From the NCBI GenBank assembly GCA_963765675.1, contig CAVXXK010000006.1, positions 416,001-480,000 of the forward strand: a stretch of 64,000 nt of DNA, in the 5' to 3' direction. The stretch's first letter is position 1; each line of letters begins with the position of its first letter. Both the position numbers and the translations under genes were made by a program. The notes below the pieces were generated by a model. That model was not told the DNA's origin, did no database searches, and saw only the letters and a program-made list of their open reading frames with translations. Of the stretch, positions 19,668-29,308 are shown piece by piece. This stretch comes from an uncultured delta proteobacterium (lineage in GTDB: Bacteria > Desulfobacterota > Binatia > Binatales > Binataceae).

Positions 19668-20109
19668 CTACTTACTGGGCTTATACTGGAACGCGACGAC
19701 ATCGTGTCCTTCGCGATCCTTCGATACCACCGAGGTTACCAGTTCGACCGGCATATTGAATACCTTGCCGGGATCCTTCTGCGCTTCGAGCGGATCGACT
19801 CCAATCAGGTTCGAGCGCACGCTCACGCCGTCGGGCAGATCGACAATCGCCGTGACATACGGCGTCTTGATTCCGGGGAACGACTGGTGCACGACGGAAA
19901 AGACGTAAACCTTGCCCTTGTTGGACAGCGGAACGGGCTTCATCGCGCCTGCGGTTCCGCACTTCGAGCACGCAACGCGTTTAGGGATCGAGAAAGATCG
20001 CGCCGCAGGAGCATTTCTGTCCTTCCAGATGCGGCGTCGCTCCGAGCTTCAAGAATGAAACGATCGGGCGCGGTCCCGTATCAGTAGCCGCTTGGGCCTG
20101 TTCAGCCAT
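19668..20109 (-). CDS. DUF35 Zn-ribbon/OB-fold protein (thiolase partner), with +1 frameshift near 19984-19986
   Basis: MAEQAQ...LEGQKCSCGAIFLDP joins KRVACSKCG...GKVYVFSVVH...PYVTAIVDL if one base is removed; RBS GGAGGAA upstream of 20109. Confidence 0.85.
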
Positions 20110-20483
20110 TGGGTTCCTCCGAGATTATCTTTAGGTAGTAAAAGTAACGATGAATGCCTGACGATCAAGGTTTTCTGGCAGCAAAAATAACAAAGCGCCG
20201 CCGCGATCCGGGGGCGCAATCTGTCCGTACCGTCTCAGCGCGGAGTTTCCCATAGCGCCGGAAATTCGTCAACCCGTGCCAAATCGACTGCCCAAATGGC
20301 TGAGATTGGCTCGATAGCGGGATCAGGCGCTGAAAAATCTTGTTTCTTTGCCACTTTCTTACTTCTTCTTCATAGCTTTTTCCTCTCGTGCCTGAGTAAA
20401 TGACTCGCTGACGAATTTTTCCAGCGCGAGCACGCTGGGCAGGGGGGTAAGACTGGCGCTCAAGGGCGCCGTCTTAAAAGAAA

Positions 20484-21578
20484 ATGGGCAGGACGCGTTG
20501 GTTCATCACTCGAGCTGCGATAGCTCTCGTGATTGGTATCTACGCCGCGCCAACTCTGGCTGCGGCATCGACGGTCAGCATCACATCACCCGCAAACTCC
20601 GCGACCGTGTCAGGAACAGTCACGGTCGTTTCCACCGTCGCGTCAGGCGTCTGGTGGGCAAAGCTGTATATCGACGGAAAAGGCGGCCCCGTCTCGCCGC
20701 CATACAGCTTCTCCTGGAACTCTACGACTGTGGCTAATGGCACTCACGTGCTGACGGTTGCGGCCTTCGCAAAAGGCGGTACGACGCCGCTCGCCACAGC
20801 GACAATCAACGTGGTCGTTGCGAACAACGCTCCGGCGAGCGCGGTCTATTTCGGCACCTTGGCTCCCGGCTCTGCCCTTCCGACCGACAAGCAGTGCGCC
20901 GCGTTGATTTCGGCCACGCCGGAGAGCGTCCCGCAGAACTCGACGCCAAACAAATTCAGCCTGACGGCGTCGGATTTAGGAACCTTCTATAGCGAACCAT
21001 TCTGGTTCAATTACAGCGCGTCCACGTACACCAATCGCGTAACCGGAGCCTACGCTGGAAGCACCGACATGATCCTCCGCTGGGCGGCGTGCAAGTGGGG
21101 AATCGATGAGGACGTGGTACGGGCCGAGGCGATGCTCGAAAGCGAATGGACCCAGGGCGGTCCCACCTACACGGCTACCAGTCATGTCGGCTGGGGCGAC
21201 CATCGCACGGCAAAGTTGCAATGCGAGACTTCGGCATGGGTCGGTTGGCTCAATCCTCCTGGCGAATGCTGGCAGTCGTGTGGGATCTTTCAAACCAAAG
21301 TCGTTGACTTCAACGTATGGCCGGCCGCCTGCGAAAGCACTGCCTTCAACGCGGATTTCCGCATGGCCTATCAGCGCGCGTGCATGGATGGAAACGGTCC
21401 GTCCTGGTATTCGCGCGATTTCCCGACGGCCGGTTATCCGGCTTATCCCAACGGCAATGCCGATCAGATGTTCTGGGGATGCATGGGCGGCTGGTACTCG
21501 GGCTCATGGTACGACGCGGATGCTCTGACGTACATCGCGGAGCTTAAAAACGTGCTCGCCGCGAAACCATGGCCATAG
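20484..21578 (+). CDS. Secreted protein: Ig-like domain plus lysozyme/lytic-transglycosylase-like domain
   Basis: Signal peptide; VSITSPAN.ATVSG...PYSFSWNST.VANG.H.L (bacterial Ig-like); AACKWGIDEDVVRAEAMLESEW and SCGIFQ resemble SLT motifs. Confidence 0.7.
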   Translation: MGRTRWFITRAAIALVIGIYAAPTLAAASTVSITSPANSATVSGTVTVVSTVASGVWWAKLYIDGKGGPVSPPYSFSWNSTTVANGTHVLTVAAFAKGGTTPLATATINVVVANNAPASAVYFGTLAPGSALPTDKQCAALISATPESVPQNSTPNKFSLTASDLGTFYSEPFWFNYSASTYTNRVTGAYAGSTDMILRWAACKWGIDEDVVRAEAMLESEWTQGGPTYTATSHVGWGDHRTAKLQCETSAWVGWLNPPGECWQSCGIFQTKVVDFNVWPAACESTAFNADFRMAYQRACMDGNGPSWYSRDFPTAGYPAYPNGNADQMFWGCMGGWYSGSWYDADALTYIAELKNVLAAKPWP

Positions 21579-21617
21579 CAGAAAGGCTATCCATTTGGAT
21601 TCGTCGGCGACGGCCGA

Positions 21618-23141
21618 TCACGCAGGCGGGATCGCCTCTGGAAAGTCGAACACTCGCGTCGGATCGACTGCCGCCTTGATCTGCTGGAGGCGTGGCAGAT
21701 TGGCGCCGTAATACTCTTGTTCCCAGTCGGAAAGGGAAGGATCGATAAAGTTCTGGTACGCGCCACCGTCTCCGGCGAATGCCGAAATCGCGCCGTAGAA
21801 ACCGCTCTGCCAGGCCAGATTGGCCGCGATCGTGCGCTGCGAATCGTCTTCACTCCAGCTGAGTGCGATCGTCATCAGCCAGTCGCTGTTGCGATGAACA
21901 AACGCGGTCGCGTCGGGGGCGATAGTGTTGATCTGGCCTCCGGTCTGGAACAGCACCATGTCGGCGCCGCGCGAGGTCCCCGGCCAATCGCGGCACCACT
22001 CGAGCGCGGTCGCGATCGCTTCTGATCCAAACGAACCCACGAAGAACCGCGAGCGCTCCTGGTATTCGCCTGGCCCTTCCGTCAAAGCAAGAAATTTGAG
22101 TTGCGCGTCCCAGTAGTCCATCTGCTGGATCGTCACCTTGGCTGGATTCGCCACGGCAAAAACCGGCGCGAGGATGTCCTCGATGTCGGAGGGCGTGCCG
22201 ACCAACTGCCCCAGCAGGCCGATCGATACATCCTTCCCATGAGCGAACTCGTCGGCAGTGACGGCGCTCAACTGAACTCTCGTGCCCAATTCGTCCGGGC
22301 CTGCCGCCAGCGCCGCGATCAACGTCGATAACACCTCATCAGGATTGACCGTCCAACTGACTTTGAAGACCGTCAGCGGCGACGGCACGGGAAAGGTCTG
22401 GAGGCTGAACGAGGTGTTGATCCCGAAGTTGCCACCGCCTCCGCCTTGGCAGGCCCAGAACAGATCGGGATTGTCGGCGGGCAGCTCGACGACACTGCCG
22501 TCGGCGGTCACGATCTCGCTCGCGACTACTTGATCGGATCCGATCGCGTGCGCGCGCATATTGAAGCCGATCCCGCCGCCCAACAGGAAGCCGGCCGCGC
22601 CCACAGTCTTGCAGCGGCCGTGCGTGATCGTTACCTGCGACGCTTGCAAGGCTGGGTATATTCCGCTGTTGAGCACACCGCCGCCAATCGTCAAGACCCC
22701 GGTCGAATCATCAACTGCGGCTTGATTCATCAACCGGAGATCGATCATCAGACCGGTCGTGGTCGAATATCCGGCGTAAGAATGGCCTCCCGAGCGCGCG
22801 ACCAGCGGTATCTGATGCTGCCGTGCCCATCCGATCGCCTGCGCAACGTCGTTCGCATCAAGGCATCGCGCGATACCCCGGGGATCGACCGATCGGTAGC
22901 GGAGGTTGTTGGGCCTTGCCAGGCGGATAAAGCCGGGGTCGCCCGGCCGCAGCACCGGTCCGGAGAGCAGCCGCGCGAGTTGGCGCCATTCGCTGACGCT
23001 CGCGCCGCTGGCGGTGCCATTGCCGCATCCGGCGTCGAGCAGAAACGACAAGCCCAGACTCGCGCCCGCGACAGTGCGAGCCGAGCGGCCAATAAATTCG
23101 CGCCGGGTGAGCTTTCCCGGATGAACTAAGTCGCCATTCAC
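21618..23141 (-). CDS. FAD-linked oxidase, berberine-bridge-enzyme-like, Tat-exported
   Basis: TRREFI twin-arginine, RSGGHSY covalent-FAD His, GGGGNFGI, AYQNF...YYGAN..RL..IK..VDP. Confidence 0.9.
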   Translation of the reverse strand: MNGDLVHPGKLTRREFIGRSARTVAGASLGLSFLLDAGCGNGTASGASVSEWRQLARLLSGPVLRPGDPGFIRLARPNNLRYRSVDPRGIARCLDANDVAQAIGWARQHQIPLVARSGGHSYAGYSTTTGLMIDLRLMNQAAVDDSTGVLTIGGGVLNSGIYPALQASQVTITHGRCKTVGAAGFLLGGGIGFNMRAHAIGSDQVVASEIVTADGSVVELPADNPDLFWACQGGGGGNFGINTSFSLQTFPVPSPLTVFKVSWTVNPDEVLSTLIAALAAGPDELGTRVQLSAVTADEFAHGKDVSIGLLGQLVGTPSDIEDILAPVFAVANPAKVTIQQMDYWDAQLKFLALTEGPGEYQERSRFFVGSFGSEAIATALEWCRDWPGTSRGADMVLFQTGGQINTIAPDATAFVHRNSDWLMTIALSWSEDDSQRTIAANLAWQSGFYGAISAFAGDGGAYQNFIDPSLSDWEQEYYGANLPRLQQIKAAVDPTRVFDFPEAIPPA

Positions 23142-23258
23142 GAAGCTGCGCGCTCGCTTTCAAAAGACACGTTCATCTCCCTGCGATTGATCGCTCGCAT
23201 CTATAGCAGGAATTCAGTCAGTGCGCGCTCGACCTCCGGGATGGCTCAGCCGCGCCAT

Positions 23259-25805
23259 TCAGCGCGCGCCGATCGTGGGCTCGGGCAGTGCACGAAACGC
23301 GCGCGCCGTCATCGAACGCGGGGTCGCATCGACGGTGATCGCGCCGTCGCGATCCGTGCGCAGCACCGTCGCGCTCGCTGCCTCGTAGCGATCAAGCACT
23401 GCGGCGGCGGGAAAATGGAAGCGATTGCGATAGCCGTCGGAGATCACCGCGACGATCGGATGCACCGCAGTGATAAATCCCTCTGTCGACGAAGTCGCGC
23501 TGCCGTGATGCGGCACTTTCAGCACCGCGGCATGCAAATCCTCGCCGCTCGCGACCAGCGCGTCCTCGCCCGGCGCCTCGATATCGCCGGTGAACAGGAA
23601 CGTCGATTTGCCCAGCGCGAGACGCAGGACCAGCGAGCTGTTGTTGTGCGTCTCGGCGCGGGCGGGCTCGGGATTCATCGCGCTGAGCGACACGCCGCCG
23701 ATCGCGCCTAGCGCTGGAGAGCCGGCTATCGTCCTTTGCGGTACGCGGTCGCGCTCGAGCGCCGCCATCAGAGCGTCGAAGCTGCGATCGGTGCTCGACG
23801 CGCCCGACGACCAGAAAACTCCCGGCGAAAAGTTATCCGCGATAAAGGCGAAACCGCCGAAATGGTCCAAATCCGGATGACTCAGGACCAGGTAATCGAC
23901 GTGCATAATCTTTCGCGACCACAGGTATGGCGCGACCACGCGCTCGCCGTAATCGTAGCCGCGATACGATCCTCCCGCGTCGATCAGCATCACGCGCGAG
24001 CCGGGGAAGCGAACCACGGCGCCGTCGCCCTCGCCCACCGACAGGAATGTGACGCGCAGATCCGGGCTGAAGTATCGATCGCGCAGCCACCATCCCGCGT
24101 CGGCGACGAGAACCGCGACGATCGCTGTGGCCGCAGCCCCGCGCCATCCGATTCGCGCGGGAGAATGCGCCTCCGGAATCCGCGAGCCGCTCCTGATGCG
24201 CGGATCTTCTTTTCGCGGAGCGCCGAGCCATAGCAGCATCGCGCCGTATGCGAGCGCGAGTTCCAAAAGCGTCGGCGTGAAGGTTCGCATCCACGCCATC
24301 GGCCACGACAGAAACCATCCGGCAAGAAAGTTGGACAATTCGAGTGCATGCGCTCCAACTCGCAAAACCGCGCGCGCACCCGGCGTCCAGATGAAGCTCA
24401 GAATCGCGGCGCTCAGGCCGCAAAGCGTCGCGCAGAATCCCATGATTGGCACCACGACCGCGTTGGCGAATAGCCCGACGATCGCGAACTGATTGAAATG
24501 AAACGCGGTCAGCGGCGCTGTTCCCAGCATCGCCCAGAACGAAACCGCCACATACGCGAGCACGCCTCCGGCAATCGTCCACCCGTACGCCGGCCCCTCG
24601 CGCGGAAGGCGACGCCGATAGCGCCGCCAGGTCAGCCATGCCGCGAAGCGCTGCATCCCCATGATGATCGCGATCACCGACGCAAACGAGAGCTGAAAGC
24701 CCAGGTCCGCGGTTGAGCCGGGAATCGTCACGCAGATCACGATCGCGGCGAATGCGAGGCTCGCCAGCGCTTCGCGCGAGCGATCGATCACGATCGCGAA
24801 CATGTACGCGAGCACCATCACCAGCGCGCGCACCGTCGATACATGATGCCCCGCGATTGCCGCGTACGCGCACACCGCTACTCCCGCCGCGATGGCAGCC
24901 GTCTTGTTGGCCCATCCGCGGCTCGAGAGGCCCGGCGCGAGCATCATCAGGAGCCGCACGAGCGCGAACACCGCCGCGGCGACGAAGCTCAGATGCAGGC
25001 CCGAGATCACCAGCAGATGCGCCATCCCCGTCAGCGCAAACCGCTGACGCAAATCCTCGCTGATACCGCCGCGATCGCCGATCACGAGCGCACGCATCTC
25101 GGCGCGCTCGGGGTCGTGCAGATTCGCGTCGAAGAACGTGCCGATCCGGTCGCGCACGCTCTCGATCGCGCCCGCGACAATCGGCCTGCGATAACCGACG
25201 GTCGAAAACGCGGCGGTGCCGTACGAATGCTCCGGCGCCGTGATTGTCGCCGAGATTCCGGCGCGCTCGAGGAAGCCCTGGTAGTCGAACTCGCCCGGAT
25301 TACCGTCATTGCGCGGAAAGCGAATCCGCCCCGTCATCCGAATGATGTCGCCGATTCGAAACCGCGCCGGATCGAGCACCGCGATTCTGATTTCCCCGCT
25401 CGAAGCCGAAAGCGGCGCGCCCGATACCGCCGCGCGATCGACCGCGACATACAGATGCGTCAATCCCGGCAAGCGTTGCGGCGTTCGATCGAGCACGCCC
25501 TCGAAGGTGATCTTTTCTCCGTCGGAAAATGCGCGGATTGAATTTGGCGTGACCGCCGGCGCGAGCAGCTCGCGCACCGGAATCGTAGCGGCTGCTACCA
25601 GCGCGACTATCGCAAATGCGTAGCCAAGCCGCGGACGCGCGAACAGGTACGCGCAAATCGCCGCGACGGTTAACGAGATCGCGATCCAGTCCGGCGCGAA
25701 GCAGCGGAAGTTTGCGAGCCCGTCGCCGAGCGCGATTGCTCCCGCGACAACGTAGATCGGCGCGATATCCGCCGCTTTCGCGAGTGCGCCTTGCACGCGC
25801 CGCAC
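23259..25805 (-). CDS. comEC: DNA uptake channel ComEC/Rec2
   Basis: NPGEFDY, HLLVISGLH, GFQLSF, VGEGD, SHPDLDHFGG, FTGDIE, KVPHHGS, RTDRDG. Confidence 0.95.
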   Translation of the reverse strand: MRRVQGALAKAADIAPIYVVAGAIALGDGLANFRCFAPDWIAISLTVAAICAYLFARPRLGYAFAIVALVAAATIPVRELLAPAVTPNSIRAFSDGEKITFEGVLDRTPQRLPGLTHLYVAVDRAAVSGAPLSASSGEIRIAVLDPARFRIGDIIRMTGRIRFPRNDGNPGEFDYQGFLERAGISATITAPEHSYGTAAFSTVGYRRPIVAGAIESVRDRIGTFFDANLHDPERAEMRALVIGDRGGISEDLRQRFALTGMAHLLVISGLHLSFVAAAVFALVRLLMMLAPGLSSRGWANKTAAIAAGVAVCAYAAIAGHHVSTVRALVMVLAYMFAIVIDRSREALASLAFAAIVICVTIPGSTADLGFQLSFASVIAIIMGMQRFAAWLTWRRYRRRLPREGPAYGWTIAGGVLAYVAVSFWAMLGTAPLTAFHFNQFAIVGLFANAVVVPIMGFCATLCGLSAAILSFIWTPGARAVLRVGAHALELSNFLAGWFLSWPMAWMRTFTPTLLELALAYGAMLLWLGAPRKEDPRIRSGSRIPEAHSPARIGWRGAAATAIVAVLVADAGWWLRDRYFSPDLRVTFLSVGEGDGAVVRFPGSRVMLIDAGGSYRGYDYGERVVAPYLWSRKIMHVDYLVLSHPDLDHFGGFAFIADNFSPGVFWSSGASSTDRSFDALMAALERDRVPQRTIAGSPALGAIGGVSLSAMNPEPARAETHNNSSLVLRLALGKSTFLFTGDIEAPGEDALVASGEDLHAAVLKVPHHGSATSSTEGFITAVHPIVAVISDGYRNRFHFPAAAVLDRYEAASATVLRTDRDGAITVDATPRSMTARAFRALPEPTIGAR

Positions 25806-25977
25806 CGGCGGCGCGGTGTGCGCACCCGATTCCGAGATGAGCGTGGCAGCAGCGTTGGCAGCCGCGGCGGCGATCGCGATAGTCCCCCTTTGGACGCCCT
25901 CGCAAGGACATCAAAGCCTACCGGAAGCTGATTATGCTCCGACGAGCGAGGCCGCTGCCAGCCCCGCTGACTCACAG

Positions 25978-27579
25978 TTAATGCACCGGCGCCGAGGCCG
26001 CACCGGGATCGTTTTTGCGCATCAGCAGGATCAGTGGGAGCATACAAAGCGTCGCGATTCCCATCATCCTGATCACATCGATATACGCCTGCGCACTAGC
26101 CGTGTGCAGAATGCGTCCGTAAATCATCCCGAGCGCGCGATTATTGACATTGGCGCCGCCGGAGAGAAAAAGCTGATGCCCCAGTCCCGTCAATTGCGAG
26201 CGCAGCGTCGAATCGAACGGCGTGACCCGCGTCATCAGCGTGGTCTGATGAAACTGCGAGCGCCGCGCGAGCATCGTCGTGACCATCGAAATCCCCAGGC
26301 TGCCGCCGACATTGCGCGAGAAATTCATGATCGACGAGATGTCGTTGTTCTGGTCCTGGCGCATCCCGGAGTACGCCATCGTCGTGATCGGGATGAACAG
26401 GAACGCGAGCCCCATCGACTGGTAGATGCGATAGAACATCGCGGTGCGGAAATCGACGCCCGGGTAGATTCCCGTCATATGCAGCATCGCAAGCCCGGTG
26501 ATCACAAATCCGAACGCGATTAGCCATCTGCCGTCAACGCGCGAGATCAGCGCGCCCACGATCGGCATCGTCACCATCATCGCGAATCCACCCGGCGTCA
26601 GGACCATCCCGGCCTGCTGCGCGGTGTATCCCATCAGCTCCTGCACGTACTCCGGCAGCAGCACGGTGGTCCCGAACAGCACCACCCCGAGCGTGAACAT
26701 CATCGTGGCCGAAACCGCGAAGGTGCGGTTCTTGAACAGCCGCAGATCGATCACCGGACGCTCGACGCGCACTTCCCAGAAAATAAACGCGATCACCGCC
26801 GCGATCCCGACGATCGTGAAGATCGCGATGAACTGCGACTCGAACCAATCGAGACGCTGGCCCTTGTCGAGCACGATTTGCAAGAAGCCCAGCCCGACTG
26901 CGATTAGCCCGAGCCCGATATAATCGATTTGTATTCCGCCCGCGCGCTCGTTGACCTCGCGGATCACGTACGGCGGATCCTCGACCACACGGTAGCTCAG
27001 CAAGAGCGAGATCAGGCCGACCGGAACGTTGATAAAGAAAATCCAGCGCCAGGTGAAATTGTCGGTGATCCATCCGCCCAGGGTCGGTCCGATCGCGGGC
27101 GCGAGTACCACCGCCATCCCATAGACCGCGAACGCCATCCCAAATTCCTCGGGCGCGAAGGTGTCGGCCAGAATTGCCTGCTCGCTCGGCTGCAATCCTC
27201 CTCCGCCCGCGCCCTGGATCACGCGCAGGATAACCAGGATCGTGAGTGAAGGAGCGAGCCCGCACAGAAACGAGCTGAGCGTGAACACCGCGACGCAGAC
27301 CATGTAGAACCGCTTGCGCCCGAACAACCCGGCGAGCCATCCGCTGATCGGCAGCACAATCGCGTTCGCGACCAGGTAGGAGGTCAGGACCCAGGTGCTC
27401 TCGTCGACGCCCGCCGACAATCCGCCCGCGATATGCGGCAGCGCGACGTTGGCGATACTCGTGTCGAGCACCTCCATAAAGGTAGCCAGCGTCACCGTCA
27501 TCGCAACCAGCCACGGATTGTGCGAGGGCCGCCATGCGCGGTCGGATTTGATCTCGGCGGCGAGCGGTGCGGCGCTCAT
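25978..27579 (-). CDS. DHA2-family MFS efflux transporter (EmrB/QacA-like)
   Basis: FMEVLDTSIANVALP, WVLTSYLVANA, WRWIFFINVP, RNVGGS. Start 27579 overlaps the TetR stop. Confidence 0.93.
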   Translation of the reverse strand: MSAAPLAAEIKSDRAWRPSHNPWLVAMTVTLATFMEVLDTSIANVALPHIAGGLSAGVDESTWVLTSYLVANAIVLPISGWLAGLFGRKRFYMVCVAVFTLSSFLCGLAPSLTILVILRVIQGAGGGGLQPSEQAILADTFAPEEFGMAFAVYGMAVVLAPAIGPTLGGWITDNFTWRWIFFINVPVGLISLLLSYRVVEDPPYVIREVNERAGGIQIDYIGLGLIAVGLGFLQIVLDKGQRLDWFESQFIAIFTIVGIAAVIAFIFWEVRVERPVIDLRLFKNRTFAVSATMMFTLGVVLFGTTVLLPEYVQELMGYTAQQAGMVLTPGGFAMMVTMPIVGALISRVDGRWLIAFGFVITGLAMLHMTGIYPGVDFRTAMFYRIYQSMGLAFLFIPITTMAYSGMRQDQNNDISSIMNFSRNVGGSLGISMVTTMLARRSQFHQTTLMTRVTPFDSTLRSQLTGLGHQLFLSGGANVNNRALGMIYGRILHTASAQAYIDVIRMMGIATLCMLPLILLMRKNDPGAASAPVH

Positions 27580-28202
27580 CGGCGGCTGCCGCGCCGCTGC
27601 GCCGCCATCTGCGCGCCGAGCCATCCGAGAAATTTGGTCCGCGCGCGGCGAAAGCGCGGATCGTCGGGCCTCATGCCGGTCACCAGCCGCGTCATTTGCG
27701 GGAACGCGGCCGGAAACGCGGTCAGCGCGATAACCGAAAGGAATAACTGGTCGAGGTTGATCCCGCGCGCGACCGCTCCCGCCAGCTGCGAGCGTCGCAG
27801 GCGGGCGTGCACGCTGCGGAACAAACGGCGGCGCTCGGCCTGCGCGACGATTGGTCCGGCGGCGGCTCCCAGCGCCTCCCATTCCAGCATCCGAATCCAG
27901 GCGCCATCGTCGCGGCCGATTTCGCTCCAGTATTGCAGCGCGGCGCCCAGGTCTTCCGGCGTCGAGACGATTGCCTCAGCCTTGTCGGCGATTTTGCGGC
28001 GCAGGACCTCGGCGTAGAGTCCGCGCTTGCTGCCGAAACAATAGAACAGCATGCGCTTGTTGACCCGCGCGCGGCGCGCGATCGTTTCGGTGCGCGCGCC
28101 GGCGAGGCCGCGCGCCGAGAACTCGGCCAGCGCCGCTTTGAGAATCCGCTCGCGAGTACGCGCGAGGTCGCGGATGTTTTTGCTGCGCTTGGTGACCGCC
28201 AT
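27576..28202 (-). CDS. TetR-family transcriptional regulator
   Basis: RERILKAA..EF...G...TETIARRA.VNKRMLFY.FGSK. Confidence 0.92.
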   Translation of the reverse strand: MAVTKRSKNIRDLARTRERILKAALAEFSARGLAGARTETIARRARVNKRMLFYCFGSKRGLYAEVLRRKIADKAEAIVSTPEDLGAALQYWSEIGRDDGAWIRMLEWEALGAAAGPIVAQAERRRLFRSVHARLRRSQLAGAVARGINLDQLFLSVIALTAFPAAFPQMTRLVTGMRPDDPRFRRARTKFLGWLGAQMAAQRRGSRR

Positions 28203-28209
28203 GGCTGCA

Positions 28210-28227
28210 ATTAACCGTCTGGTTAAT
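28210..28227. promoter_or_regulatory. Probable TetR operator palindrome
   Basis: ATTAACC-GTCT-GGTTAAT just upstream of the TetR start. Confidence 0.7.
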
Positions 28228-28289
28228 ACTTTTCAGCATGGCGGCCACGGATGAGTCAAACGTAACGCAAGGCCGAGCAGTTTCACCAA

Positions 28290-28605
28290 TGTCATTCCTG
28301 CGAAAGTGTGTGCCGGCGCGTGAGGGCGAGATTCCTCGCGATTTCCGCCACTCGACGAGACGCACACGCCGCCCTATGCATTGCCTACGCGCGCTCGGAA
28401 TGACACAAAACCAGCGAGAGTTGTCATTCCGAGCCGAGGTTAGCGCCAGCTCTGCGCCGTGCGCATCGTCTCGCGCTGCACAGCCCGCGAGGAATCTCGC
28501 CAGTCGCGAAAGCAGCCCAGCGCAATGGGTTACGCAAAGCTCTCTGGAGGCGCGCCGGATCAGGGATTCCGCGCGCGCGGCAGCCACGCGCGCGGGAATG
28601 ACACA
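28290..28605. repeat. Cluster of four GTCATTCC-type repeats in two facing pairs (gene-less relatives of the 3575-3975 cassette)
   Basis: Units: 28290-28303 (+, partial), 28325-28407 (-), 28422-28501 (+), 28563-28605 (-; near copy of 3937-3975). Shared termini TGTCATTCC and GGAATC. Confidence 0.8.
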
Positions 28606-28691
28606 GTATCACCACCCCCGCGCTTGCCCGCGTGGGCGACGCCGTTTATATGATCCGAAACGGATCGCAGTTCGTAAGGAGTATCAAACCG

Positions 28692-29216
28692 ATGAGCACC
28701 GTCGACGACGCCCTGACCACCCCCGCCGCAAAGGGCGCACCCGCCGATTCGATAACCGGCTTCCTCGCCGGAGACCATCAGCGCATCGAAAAAATATGGC
28801 TCGACCTCGAGGCGGCGTTCCAGCGCCAGGATTTCAATGCGATGCATGCCAAATCGGGCGAGTTTATCGCCGCGATGCGCCGGCATCTGCGGATGGAAGA
28901 GCAGATCCTATTCCCCGCGATCGAGGAAAAAACCGCGATGCGCACCAGCGGACCGACTCATGCGATGCGCCTGGAGCATCGCGCGATCGAGCGCGTGCTC
29001 GACGGCCTCGCGCCGATGCTCACGGTGCAGGAGCGATGGACCGCGATCCAGGCGATGGAGGGTGAGCTGACCGATCCGTCGGCGCTCTTCCGCAGCCACG
29101 ATGCCAAAGAAGAAATGGTGCTCTATCCGATGGCGGATAAACTCCTCGGCGCGGAGACCGCGCGCAAGCTGGTGGAGAAGATGCGAACAGAGGTTGATTC
29201 GCCGGGTTCGCATTAA
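28692..29216 (+). CDS. Hemerythrin/HHE domain protein
   Basis: DH..IE, HLRMEEQILFP, EH..IE, HDAKEEMVLYP; RBS TAAGGAG. Confidence 0.9.
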   Translation: MSTVDDALTTPAAKGAPADSITGFLAGDHQRIEKIWLDLEAAFQRQDFNAMHAKSGEFIAAMRRHLRMEEQILFPAIEEKTAMRTSGPTHAMRLEHRAIERVLDGLAPMLTVQERWTAIQAMEGELTDPSALFRSHDAKEEMVLYPMADKLLGAETARKLVEKMRTEVDSPGSH

Positions 29217-29218
29217 GG

Positions 29219-29303
29219 CGGCCACTAAGACACAAAGACACGAAGAATAATCTTCTTCTTCGTGTCTTCGTGTCTTAGTGGCCGGTTGGATTGTGGCCGG
29301 TTG
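29219..29303. repeat. CACnAAGA-unit palindrome, copy 1
   Basis: 29-bp stem with 1 mismatch (29219-29284) built from three 8-nt units, plus tail GGTTGGATTGTGGCCGGTTG. Confidence 0.9.
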
Positions 29304-29308
29304 CGCCT

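Noticed and set aside
27976-29065. ORFs 27976-28587 (-) and 28238-29065 (+) crossing the repeat cluster
   Set aside because: They read through palindromic repeats and overlap TetR and hemerythrin; no motifs.
29219-29303. Possible CRISPR array
   Set aside because: Units are 8 nt with no unique spacers and form a palindrome; no cas genes.
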